A stretch of 64,000 nucleotides of DNA. Origin: Zootoca vivipara. Its lineage: Eukaryota. This document shows positions 50,177 through 61,447 of the stretch, one piece after another. The notes under the pieces were generated by a model. That model had not been told where the DNA came from. It saw nothing but the letters and a program-made list of their open reading frames with translations, and searched no databases. The position numbers and the translations under genes are program-made. The stretch is from NCBI RefSeq assembly GCF_963506605.1, contig NC_083279.1:2790001-2854000 (forward strand). The letters run 5' to 3'. How positions within the stretch are numbered: the stretch's first letter is position 1; the number at the start of each line of letters is the position of its first letter.

Positions 50177-51430
50177 GGGGAGAGGGACATGCCTGTGGGA
50201 GTGGGCCCCAGCCAACAGAATAACTGGAGCAGGTTCTACGGGGGGGGGGATGCACTGGGACACCCAATCTCAGTGATCATGGGCAGGAGGAGGAGTTATG
50301 CTAAGACCAGACCATGTCATCACCAAGGAGGCAGATTTAGTCATTGTTTGAGGACTATCCCTGCCTCCGCGCTTCTACACCACCATCTTGCCTCTGGTCC
50401 TGACGTCCTCAGCCAGGGTTTCAACCGCCCGCCGACCGGACCGTGACAGGGAGAGAGCTAGAGTCCTGTCTAGTCAAGTTGCATGGGATCAATTCTAATT
50501 TGTTACCTCTGAGGATGTGGACAGGCTGCTTGGACGAGTGAAACGGACTACCTGTCTCCTGGATCCTTGCCCATTCTGGCTCATAAAAGCGAGCCGGGAA
50601 GAGCTAGGTGATGGGCTCTGGGGGTGGTGAATGCTTCCCTCTGTGAGGGAGCCTTCCCAGACCAGCTGAAAGAGGTGATTATTAAACCACTTCATAAAAA
50701 ACTTACAGTGGTACCTCTACTTACAAATGTTTCTACTTACGAATGGAGCTCCATCCGCCATCTTGGATGCGGTTTAGATAGGATTTTTTCTACTTACGAA
50801 TTTTTAGATAGGGTTGCTTCTACTTACGAATTTTTTCTCCCAATGCATTCCTATGGGATTCGACTTACAATTTTTTTTGACTTACAAATGTGTGTTTGGA
50901 ACGCATTAAATTCGTAAGCAGAGGTACCACTGTATTTGGACCCGGCCAATATTGCCAACTATTGCCCAGTCTCAAATCTTCCATTCTTGGGCAAGGTGAT
51001 TGAGCGCATGGTTGCAGAACAACTCCAGGGACGCCTGGAGGATGCGGACCATTTGGAACCCTTCCAATTGGGATTCAGGCCTCGCTACGGGACTGAAACT
51101 GCCTTGGTCGCACTGGTCGATGATCTCCAGTGAGCTAGCGACAAAGGTGAAAGCTTTTCCTAGTTCTGTTGGATCTCTCAGCGGCTTTGATACCATTGAC
51201 ACTGACATCCTTCTAGAGGGGCTGGGACCTGGGGAAACTGTTATACAGTGCTCCGCTCCTTCCTCCTGAGCCGTGTCCAGAAAGTGGTGGTAGTGGATGA
51301 GTGTTCAAACCCCTGGGCTCTCACTTGTGGGGTGCCTCAGGTTTCCGTCCTCTCCCCCATGCTTTTTAACATCAACATGCAGCTGCTGGGAGAGATCATC
51401 AGGGGGTTTGGGCTGGGTGTTCATCACTCA
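50177..51430 (+). mobile_element. L2 LINE internal fragment (RT region, internally deleted)
   Basis: TTCLLDPCP.WLIK, VVNASLCEGAFPDQLKEVIIKPL, LDPANIANYCPVSNLPFLGKVIE, FQLGFRPRYGTETALV, LLDLSAAFDTID, GVPQVSVLSP. The 5' boundary is approximate. Confidence 0.88.
50706..50932. mobile_element. Tigger/pogo-like MITE inserted in the L2
   Basis: TA|CAGTGGTACCTCTACTTAC...GTAAGCAGAGGTACCACTG|TA, with internal CTACTTACGAA repeats. Confidence 0.92.
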
Positions 51431-51720
51431 ATGCACTGAGGACCTGGTATACCATACAACGTTTGTGAGAGTAGCCAAATAGACAGCAGCACTCTGATGT
51501 TTATGAAGCCATAATTGACAGATGCACAAACACGGTATAGCAATTGTATTTCACCTATTTGTCTTTGCAACCTGATAAAGTTTCCTCCTATCCACTCCTT
51601 TTTTCTTTTCTTCTACCAGTTTTACGTGTTGCTTGTAATGAAGAAGCAAATGCATATATTTTAAAAGTCCATTTACCGTAGTTTATATTGTCTTCATGGA
51701 CTGGCAGCAGCTCTTAAGGG

Positions 51721-51948
51721 TCATGAATTAGTCTCATACAGTTGGAAGGACCCCCAAGGGTCCTCTAGTCCAACCCCCTGCAATGCATGAATCTCAGCTA
51801 AAGTATCCATGACAAATGGCCATCCAACCTCTGCTTTAAAACCCCCAAAGAAGGAGAGTCCACCACCTCTCATGGGAGTCTGTTCCAGTGCTGAACAGGC
51901 TCTTACTGGCAGGACATTCTTCCTCAAGTTGAGTCAGAATCTCCTTTC
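51721..51948 (-). mobile_element. Older CR1 LINE 3' end
   Basis: Reverse complement of the CR1 tail (GTTGGAAGGACCCCAAGGGTCCTCTAGTCCAACCCCCTGCAATGCA). Confidence 0.85.
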
Positions 51949-54795
51949 TCAGCCCTTCCTGGAGATGCCAGGGCTTGAAGCTGGGGACATTTGCCTGAAA
52001 AGCCCCTGCAAGTCAGCCTGTGGAACCTCTTCCTCTTGTGCACTGTGTTGTGAGTGTAGATGTTTGGCCTCTGATTTGACTGTCATTTGAATGCCATTGG
52101 AGACATGGGGATAAACTGGGCTTGGCCTGGTTTTCAAAAGAAGGCGGAAATGAATAAAATGAGATGCGAACCATTTTTGTATTGAGAAATGGGAAGAGAT
52201 CTGGAACTGACTTTTAATGAGGAAACATAATATCTCCCATCTTTTAAAAATGTTTAAAGTTAAGCAGTTTCCAAGAGAAAGTTAAGCTTAAGAGCTTCTC
52301 TTTGGCATAAAGAAATGTTTGCTATGATGCCTTTCCAAGGCCATCCAAGATGGCAGATTGTTTTTCAATTTTAAAAATAGCATTATATATTTCAGAAACC
52401 AATATTTTCAAGCAGAAAACTTTTTAAACATCTGCTCTGAAACCACTCCAAGGAGGGAAACACACAAGGCTTCACTTCTTCTGGCTCTCTGGAAATGCAA
52501 CATTATCCCAAGACATAAGGTGCTTTGCTTTACAATTCTGATCAGCTTTTTGCCTTGTGAGAGATTGTTTCCCTTATTATTTTTCAGCAAAGTTTAAGCA
52601 GTGCAGAGGAGTAGATTGGCAGATTTATTTGCATGTTAGCAAGCACAATAAATGGCATATGTCATTCTCCTTCTTCAAAGGTCTGCTTATGTTCTGGACA
52701 CCCCATTTCAACTGTAAGAAATAAAGGCACTGCAAGAGAAATGTTGCGTGAGATGTGAGGAGAAGGGCATCTTTTATCTTGAGCATTGATGCTTGTTCAG
52801 TACCTGAAGGCAGCAGATGATAGGAAATGCAGAGAGGGTTGGGGGCAACTGTCTAGGACTGACTCCACATACACAAAATGGCCTGTGGAAACAGCTCCTG
52901 TGAAGTCAACAAAGAATTAGTTTGGCACCCCCACGTGTGACCACACACACATACACATGCACCCCTCAACATATTTGTTCTTAAAGGACATGAAAAGTAG
53001 ACAACCTTAAGTAGATTTCCTTAAGTAGAGTAATAGATCATTTGAGGAATCCTAAGAAGTTCTATGACTATATGACCAAAGGTGAAATTTGCATCCCTTA
53101 CAGTAAAAGTAATTTGTTTGTCAAAAGTAGAGCTTTGTGTACAGTACAGTAATTTTCAATCTGAGGTCGGGTTTTGAGTTGGATTTATTTGGTCACGGGC
53201 CTCTCAAACAAACAAACAAACCAAAAGCAACATTGGGGAGGCTGAAAGTGCTTCAACCCCTAGGAGCTTTCTCTGAGTAGTGCAAGAACTACCAACTAAA
53301 TACTGCCTCCATGGTGGCCCATCAGGGCCTTGATAAATTATTATTGTTATTTATTCCATTTATATACCGCCCTATACCTGGAGGTCTCAGGGAGGTTCAC
53401 AAATCTATTTTGACTGCCTGTCTGCTTGTCACAACAAAAGCAGAAAACTCCACTGCTGAGCTGATGTCCTCATTTTGGTCCACGAGACCGAAGTTGTGCA
53501 AGCCAGGTATATTGCCATTGTGTGATGATTTGGCTTCATTCCCCCTTGGGATCCTCCTTAGCTCTATGGTTGTATGATTGTATTATATTTGGGGAAACAT
53601 ATCTTTTGACAGTTCAAGTGAATAAAAATATGAGATATAACTTTACAGCAGTTTTCAAACTTTGGCACAAAGAGTCCAACAAACCTTTTGAGCCTCCAAG
53701 AATGTAACTAGGAAAAAGCCACACCATTTGAATAGGAACTTCCTCAAGGGAGTTTATGGTGTCCCTTAAGGTTGCTTTGGAGAGAGGCTCTAGGGAAGGA
53801 GAACAACTTTCAAAAAGCAAGGAGTTGCTCTATTATCTTCCGCACTGTCAATCAGTTTGCCAAGCAGAGCAGGCTGCAGCTGCCCACTTTGCAGCGACTT
53901 GTCATGGCCCCATCCTCAAACCCAGGTCTGCAGGAGGAGGCACGGCCTGAGTCTGCTGAGAAGCTGCATCCAGTTCCGGATCCAGAACCTGTGGTCAAGA
54001 GCTATTAGTCCTCATGGACACCTTCATCTCTGCCCGATTTGCCCAACTAAAGGAGCACCTCCACGGCGGGAGTGTGCCAGGATACTGGCCACAGAAAGGG
54101 AAAGAGGCACCCCCTCTCCAAAGAACTATTTGAGGACATATTGTAAACTAATGAAAACATTAGTGGGATTGATATAAACACGTGCAGTAAGAGATAAGGG
54201 AAGGATAAGGGGGAAATTGTAAGTATATTTGAATTGGAAATGCAGTAATAAAAAGATATGAAATAAATAACCGCAGAAGGGAGGGGAGGGGATTTGAGAG
54301 GAAGGTAAGTGTAGATTTGTAAAGACTTCGTTTTTCTGGCTAAAATGTTTGTAAAAGTTGTGGGGGAGGGAAACCTTTTGGTGCACACCCACCCAGGCTC
54401 TGTTAGAGTCATTTGCTCACTTGTTGCTTCCTAGGTTTTTGCTGCTCCACTGACTCTTGCTGGATTAAAACATGACTGAGAGGGGAGGGACCAGGCAGTT
54501 GTTTGGACACAATAACCACCTTGCACTCTAAAAAGCCTCACTTTAGAAGCATGCTGGACTGTCTCAAAGCATCTATTGCATTATCTCCAGATATTGTATT
54601 ATCTCCAGACTGAGACCTGCAATTTTTATTAATGTAAATTAATATAAATGTAAATTAATGTAAAATGCATTATTATTTATTGTCAGCTTTTCCAGTCCAA
54701 ATAAAAATTCTAGTTCTCGAGCTGAAGATAATACCTGTAGCCTGAGATCCCCAAGGAGGTAAAATGCATGGCTGCTCTCACACTCCTTCCCTGGT

Positions 54796-55046
54796 CGAAA
54801 CAAAAAGAAAAAATCCTTCCAGTAGCACCTTAGAGACCAACTAAGTTTGTCACAGGTATGAGCTTTCGTTTGCCTTCTGAGTAACACCCCTCCCCACCCT
54901 CTGACTATACATAAGGGTCTGGAGACTTCTGTTTCAGTGTATGAAGAAGTGTGCATGCACACAAAAGCTCATACCAATGACAAACTTAGTTGGTCTCTAA
55001 GGTGCTACTGGAAGGAATTTTTTTATTATTTTTTGTTTAGCCTACG
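54796..55046. mobile_element. Penelope-like insertion with inverted pLTR fragments and 12-bp TSD
   Basis: 54796-54869 and 54961-55038 are inverted copies (TCCTTCCAGTAGCACCTTAGAGACCAACTAAGTTTGTCA). Flanked by TCCTTCCCTGGT at 54784-54795 and 55047-55058. Confidence 0.88.
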
Positions 55047-55526
55047 TCCTTCCCTGGTGCCATCTTCCTCTCTTGAAGCAGGCAAAACAATAAAAAACAG
55101 CCATGTGTTCTTGCCCTCCCACTCATCTCCATATTCCTCCTTGTGGAGGTATTCAGAAAACCAAGGAACAGATAACACACACTCTCCAGATGTCGAATCA
55201 ATGAGAAATGTGTTTGGTACCTCCAGAGATCCACCAATGAGGTCTGTGACCTTTTCTCTTGCCCTGGGCATAAGCTGTTAAATTGACCAGTAGTGTGAAA
55301 AGTATGTGGCTAACTCAAGATCACAAAGCTCATTTTCACTTTATATATGGGTTATGATCAGGACAGGGAAGATGCTGAGGTCAGAAGGGATCATAATCTG
55401 ACACCTTAACAAAAGTAGCGACTTCTCACTCCACTTGCTTAATTGTGTAGAGCTTTCTGGATCAAATTTGATTCACCTCATGCATTTCAGTATTATAGCT
55501 GTGAAGGTTTTGCTAACAGAAATCCA

Positions 55527-56975
55527 CATTTTATTTTATTTTCATCAATAATTTTTTATTGTTTTTCTCAGATTTCTTTACATCAACAGATACAGTTTAC
55601 GTTTGTACAATACGTGGCTCTATCAAGCTTTGACTTCCCTCCTCCCCTAAGTAGGTACCTGAATTCACTTTACTCGCACATTTTACAATTTTACAATATT
55701 AAATGCTAACTCAATACCAAAGATTATACCCGTATTAAATCATCATTGTAGGATCTAATTTATACCTGCCAGAGTCTTTAAATTCTTATAGTTCTCCTTT
55801 GCATAGTCCATAAATTTACTCCACTCTTCTCTGAATTTCGTGTCCTCCCGGTCTCGAATTCTGCATGCCAAATTTGCCAGCTCTAGATATTCCAACATCT
55901 TCACTTGCCATTCTGCAATTGTAGGTAGTTCCTGCACTTTCCATCTCTGGGCTATTAATACTCTCGCTGCCACTGTGGCGTACATAAACAGTCTTTAGTC
56001 TGCTTTTTAAATTTCATTTCCCATCAGCCCTAACAAAAAGGCGTCGGGTTTTTTGGGGAACGTGTACTTAAATAGTTTTTTAAAACTCATTATAAACTAA
56101 TTCCCAAAAACTTTTGACTTTGTCACATGACCACCACATGTGGTAAAAATCACCATCTGATACCTTGCATTTCCAGCACGCTTTGTCCTTCTTTCTATAC
56201 ATTCTTGCCAATTTTACTGGCGTCATATACCAGCGGTATATCATTTTCATTACACTATCCTTCAGGAAGAAGAAGAGTTTGGATTTGATATCCCGTTTTA
56301 TCACTACCCGAAGGAGTCTCAAAGCGGCCAACAATCTCCTTTCCCCTCCCCCCCCACAACAAACACCCTGTGAGGTGGGTGGGGCTGAGAGACTTCAGAG
56401 AAGTGGGACTAGCCCAAGGGCACCCAGCAGCTGCATGTGGAGGAGCAGAGACGCGAACCCGGTCCCCCAGATTACGAGAGTCTACTGCTCTTAACCACTA
56501 CACCACACTGGCTCTTCAGGACTGTGCATGCTGTGAATTTAAGGTTTTCCTTCAATAATTTTGTCCACTCTTCAAACTCAATATTGTGCCTAGATCTACT
56601 GCCCATTTTATCATACATTCCTTTACTGTCTCATCCATAGTGTACCAATCCAACAACAGGTTTTACATTTTTGACAATAATTTAACATTATTTTCCAACA
56701 GCTCAATTTGAAATTTCTATCTTTTCTTTTCAAATCCTAATTTCTTCTTATCTGCCTTAAATAAACCATTAACCTGGTGATATTGTAACCAGCCTGAAAA
56801 ACTATCATATGGTTTTAACTTAAATCCAGATTACGTCTCCATAATTAATTCTTTATATGTTATCACTCTCTCCTCCATGTTTAATTTCTTAACTGAAAGT
56901 ATATTAATTGGGGAGATCCACTATGGGGTCTTCCTTTCTAATATCCTCTTAGTTCTGTCTGTCCCATACCTCATA
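55527..56975 (-). mobile_element. L1 LINE 3' end, interrupted by a SINE
   Basis: MKMIYRWYMTPVKLARMY...CWKCKVSDGDFYHMWWSC (L1 C-terminal Cys/His motif), MYATVAARVLIAQRWK, and a T-rich tail near 55530. Confidence 0.9.
56268..56513 (-). mobile_element. Squam3-like tRNA SINE, full length, inserted in L1 ORF2
   Basis: A and B boxes and a (TCT)n tail. TSD CTTCAGGA at 56260-56267 and 56514-56521. Confidence 0.9.
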
Positions 56976-58305
56976 GAGAAATCCATGTTTTAAGGCTGTT
57001 GGAAGATGAGAATCATTGAGTGCTAAATAATTGACACATATTGACATGAGAGTAATAGCAAATCACTGGTTTATTCCCGGCCTCATATCAGAGTGAATCA
57101 CAACGCTAACCAGAGAAGCAATCGGCTGTGAAAACCTGCACTCTCCTTCTCTAAACCAGCTAATTTAGCAAGCAACAACACACACTCCTCACTGACATAA
57201 ATGGTAAATGCTGTTCCAGCCTCTTGTTATAGCTCCCTGTTGAAGGCTTTTTCTTTTTTTCTTTTGGCTCCTTTTCTCTTCCATTTCATTCTAACACAAA
57301 AATAAATCTCCTAAATAGGCTTTGAGAGATCTCCAGTGGCATTCCTTTCTCCACCCTGTGCAAGCTATACAGTTGTATGGCCTCCTTCCGTATAGTTAAC
57401 CATGTCGTTCAGAGTCCGCACCAGAGAGTTCGATAGTCGAGTCAGAAATGGCACTGCTGATGCTCTCCCAGCAGGAGGTGGCTGGTTACACAGCAATTTG
57501 AAATGTCCAGCTCGGAAAAGAGCAACTTCAGATCGGTGCTGCAGAAAACATTCCTATGGAATTCAGCTCTCAGGGAAAGGAATCCAATATGGAGAGACCC
57601 TCCTGTTGCCATAGTCTCTTGCACTCCTTGAGGGCACTGCCTCAGCCATCCGGGGCCACAGGATCAGGCTGTTACTCAGTTCAGTTTGGGAGAAAATCTG
57701 CATGCACAGGGAAGGTGACTCCCTGAGAAGCTGTGGAGTGAAATGGAAGCAAGCTTTGGCCAATAATTCTCTAGCTAATGACTGAAACAGGCCTTAATGG
57801 CAGAAATGTCTCTGTCTGCTGGAACCCTGCTGGAATGTGAGGAACAGAAAAATAAAATGCTCCCTGCGATACAAGCTGCTTTGCTAAGGAAGAAGGGATA
57901 AAAATAAATCAGGGGCCCACACAAATAATAGGGTGTCTGACAGGATGTCAACAGGTGAAGCTTTCCCCATGATTGTATTTCCATATGAGAAAAGGCTTCT
58001 CTTAGAATTGATAATCCAGTAGAGGTAGCCTTTACGTGAATTTGGAACTTCCCCAAGACTACAGGGGAGTTTTGCAAGACCACCAAGGGCAGGGAAGCTA
58101 CTGGGTGGTGGGGTCAGGGTGGTGGCGGCGTATCAACACCAGAAAGAAACCCTCAGATCCAGTCCTAAAGCAGATAGGTTTGGGGCAAGAAAAACTGAAG
58201 TCCTTTGGGTTGCAGTGACTCTGCCCCCTGTGGCTCTCATCTGGATTAGTGCTGGGTCTAAAACAGGGGGAGCTAATCTTGAACTTTCTAGGTGTTATTG
58301 GACTT

Positions 58306-58596
58306 TAAAGGTAAAGGTAAAGGGACCCCTGACCATTAGGTCCAGTTGTGACCGACTCTGGGGTTGCGGCGCTCATCTCGCTTTACTGGCCGAGGGAGCC
58401 GGTATACAGCTTCCAGGTCATGTGGCCAGCATGACAAAGCCGCTTCCGGCGAACCAGAGCAGCACACGGAAACGCCGCTTACCTTCCCGCTGTAGCGGTA
58501 CCTATTTATCTACTTGCACTTTGATGTGCTAGGTTGGCAGGAGCTGGGACCAAGCAACGGGAGCTCACCCCCTCGTGGGGATTCGAACTGCCAACA
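58306..58596 (-). mobile_element. Sauria SINE, 5'-truncated
   Basis: (TAAAGG)n tail followed by the reverse complement of the body at 18591-18944. Confidence 0.93.
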
Positions 58597-60594
58597 CCCC
58601 ATCATTTCTGTCATTTGGCTCTGCTGACAGGAGTTGGGAGTCCATCAACATCTGGAATGGTGCATGTTAAGACTCCCCGCACCATTCCTCAAGTGGGCCG
58701 GTACCACAATGTTGCTGTGTGGAGTGCGGCCATTCCCTGGTCCAGGCACTCTTCCATTGTTGTGCCATCCACCACAATACTTCCACCCATTTCCCATTCC
58801 ACCACAACAATTAGTCAGCATTTCATAGCCACTTAATTTTGGCTGGTTTGGGGTCTTCTCTGTAGGATCCACCACAAAACATTTTTTTTCAAATCTTCTG
58901 CAAATATTAGAGTTCCACCAAGTCTGTTGATATCACCCTCTTTTGTGCTTTAGCTGTACAAGTAACATCACTCATGTCAAAATATGCCTCAAAAATAGAT
59001 TATCATTTTCTAATATTGTGTTCATTTATTTGGAATTGAAACATTATCTTGTGCTTCAGTACTGAACTATATAAAAGCTTACCTTTGATCCAGAGCAAAG
59101 GCTTGTTCTTTAGAGACAGTTATTTCCACTAATGAAGCCCTTCTCCCCCCCCCCCCAAGAGCTTCCAATTATATTTTCCTTCTTATTGCTAGAGATTAAG
59201 AAAGAGACTATTAATATCTGGTGCAGGTTCACACTGGAAGACCACTTGTGCTATGAAGGTCACCATGCTTACTTAAAGAAATCAGTAGAGTATATTAATT
59301 TAAAAATTAATTAAATGCCAATGCTGAGAAGCTTATTTCTTGTACTGTACTGTTAAGATACAAGACTTCATGAGGTTATCTGTATTAAACTTTCTGGAAA
59401 TGATTTCTCCCTTTTTTCCTTTTCCTTTTATATATTGTGGACCATATGGAATCCAGATTTAACAACAACAAAAGTGGGTTGGTGTGACAAATTATCTTTC
59501 CAGAATGAGAATTGTCCCATCTTAAATGGCATAGCCCTACCTTTGTTTCTTCGCTTCATGCTTCAACGTTAGAAAGACATTTTAAAATTACTTGTTAAGT
59601 ATTATATTATATTTTTATAGCTTTCTGTGTTTTATCCATGTTTGCTTTAATATTTGAGAGTTTCCTTTATTTATTTATTTATTTTATTTATTGAATTCAT
59701 TAATTTTCCTTGAGTTCTGTTTCTGGGAAAAGATGGGATGATAATAATTAAATCATCACCATCACAATTATTGGCAGAGCTCATTTCTTTTAGTTTAGAC
59801 CTCCACAAAATGTAACTCACAAAGACAAATTCAATTCAACACATCTTTTCTCCCCTGATCATTATAGTGGGGACCCTGACTTCTTGGGGGGAGGAAACAT
59901 GGATGCCATTTTGAGCTCCTTAGAGGAAAGACAAGATACGAGCACAGCAAATAAATTAATAAATACTCTCCCACCACCCAGACACTTGCAGCCCATTTGT
60001 GCCCTGTCCTTTCAAATTATTTGGGGTGTATAAACAACAACTGGGATCCTCATTCCATCAGACATCTACTTGCCAAATTAATCTGACTGATCAGTGAAGT
60101 TAATTTAAAAGAGATAATAATCATTTGATTCATAAGCCTGATGGGAATAATATGTGCATTTGTGAGAATGACAATTCACTCTGACATTTTAAGTGCCATT
60201 AGTTTTCTAATGTGTCCCCCCCCCTTAATCTTTCCCACTGCACCAAGAAACAGAAAATGTTAGGGGCTGACCATCTAAAACAAACACATTCTGCTTTACG
60301 TAGAGTTAAAATACCGTGTTTCTCACATTTTAAGACATGTCTTATATTTATTTTTCCTCCAAAAAAACACACCATGGCTTATTTTCAGGGGATGTCTTAT
60401 TTTTTTTTGTTAAGCTTTTTAATTTTTTACTGGTATTAAGCTTTCAGAGTTTTGCTGGGTCGGGCTCGGTGCGGCGCGCGCTGCTGCCCTTGCTGGCTCC
60501 CGCTGGGTCGGGGCTCTCCCTCTCTGAGATAACTACGAGCTCTTCTCCTCCTCACCCCCCAGTCGTGACACGGCTGTCGCGCGGGCTTCCTTAC

Positions 60595-60976
60595 CCGGGT
60601 TGCAGTGCAGCGGCGAGGGCGGCGTGGCGACGGGCGACGAGGGGGCCGTGGAAGGCTGAAGCAAAGACGGTGGCGGAGGCAGCGGCGGGTCTTTGGGGCC
60701 GCCAGCGCCCGGCAAAGGTGCGGCGGGAGGCGGCAGCATGAGGCAGCGATGCGGAGGGGGTAGGCAGCGCACGCAGAACGAGTGGAGGCACGGCAGCAGC
60801 TTGGGCCGCCGGCTCTGGATGTTCTGGCCGCAAACCCCGCAAGTGTCCAACAGGTTGAGCCGCGACTCTCCGTCGGCCCGGTCTGCGGGGCCTTGCCGGC
60901 TTTCAGCCTCGTTTTCCCCACCCATGGCGACAGGACCGGCCGCGGTGGGCCCTGCTCCTGCCATAGGCTCGTCCAT
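60595..60976 (-). CDS. TRIM24: TRIM24 (TIF1-alpha) coding exon 1, partial RING finger; apparently a transposon-captured copy
   Basis: [11 protein letters not shown]...[44 protein letters not shown] matches the TRIM24 N-terminus as I recall it. ATG in ACAATGG context at 60976. Phase-1 donor CGG|GTAAGG at 60594. If unspliced, the frame continues to TAG at 60533 (147 aa). Confidence 0.88.
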
Positions 60977-61310
60977 TGTTCAGCGGCGGCGGCCATTTCA
61001 GGCGCGAAACGCCTCTCACCCAATGGCCGCTTCTGCTCTCACCCTCCCCCCGGCCTGCTCACGAGCGGAGCCCCGCCCCTTCACGGCCGCTGGGAGCAAG
61101 CGACGTCGGTTGCTCGCCGGTGTGATTGGCAGGCTGTTCTGGGCTTGGTCGAATTTGGGGTGGGGGATTCATTCAAGAAAGAGCCGGCAAAGACAGCTGC
61201 GTGTGCTGCGCCGAACCCCGACTGAGCGGGACCCGGGAGAAACAGCAGCGCTCAGTGAGGCGCATGCTGCAAAAGCGCCATGCAGACCTGCTCCCACCAC
61301 TGCTCCCACT
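60977..61310 (-). promoter_or_regulatory. CpG-rich TATA-less promoter/5'UTR of the TRIM24 fragment
   Basis: E2F-type TTTCGCGCC (61001-61009, minus), YY1-like AAATGGCC (60991-60998, minus), GC box (61071-61079), CRE-like GACGTC (61102-61107), CCAAT (61125-61129, minus). Dense CpG. Confidence 0.7.
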
Positions 61311-61447
61311 CAGCATGTCTTATTTTGGGGGGATGCCTTATATTTTATTGCCTCCAGAAAATCGTGCCATGTCTTATTTTATAGGGACGTCTTAAAATGT
61401 GAGAAACACGGTAATGCGGAGTGACATCGTGCTTATTGTTCCATAAA

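Larger units (their letters stand above)
60314..61411. mobile_element. Non-autonomous Tc1/mariner-superfamily (Tc2/pogo-like) element carrying captured TRIM24 5' end (Pack-TIR)
   Basis: Perfect 23-bp TIR CCGTGTTTCTCACATTTTAAGAC (60314-60336) and its reverse complement (61389-61411). TA at 60312-60313 and 61412-61413. Subterminal GTCTTATWTT-like repeats in both arms. The GC/CpG-rich interior has no transposase. Confidence 0.9.

Noticed and set aside
50706-50932. Regularly spaced CTACTTACGAA repeats resembling a CRISPR-like array
   Set aside because: They are internal copies of the TIR motif within a TA-flanked MITE in a eukaryotic genome.
53756-54370. GC-rich ORF cluster followed by an L1-like 3' tail
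   Set aside because: Probably a degenerate repeat. No motif was strong enough to assign a product or family.
55026-55271. Protein-like minus-strand ORF (GGSLEVPNTFLIDSTSGECVL...)
   Set aside because: No recognised family. Removing the Penelope insertion leads straight to a stop, and there are no convincing splice sites.
60595-60976. Calling this the native TRIM24 gene, or TRIM33/TRIM28
   Set aside because: It is enclosed by perfect TIRs with TA duplications and no downstream exons were found by eye. A very long intron 1 cannot be fully excluded. The [11 protein letters not shown] and QNIQSR motifs fit TRIM24 rather than its paralogues.
60337-61424. Long overlapping ORFs (60436-61023 minus, 60693-61424 plus, 60337-60741 plus, 60782-61225 plus)
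   Set aside because: These are shadow ORFs of GC-rich, stop-poor sequence around the real TRIM24 frame.
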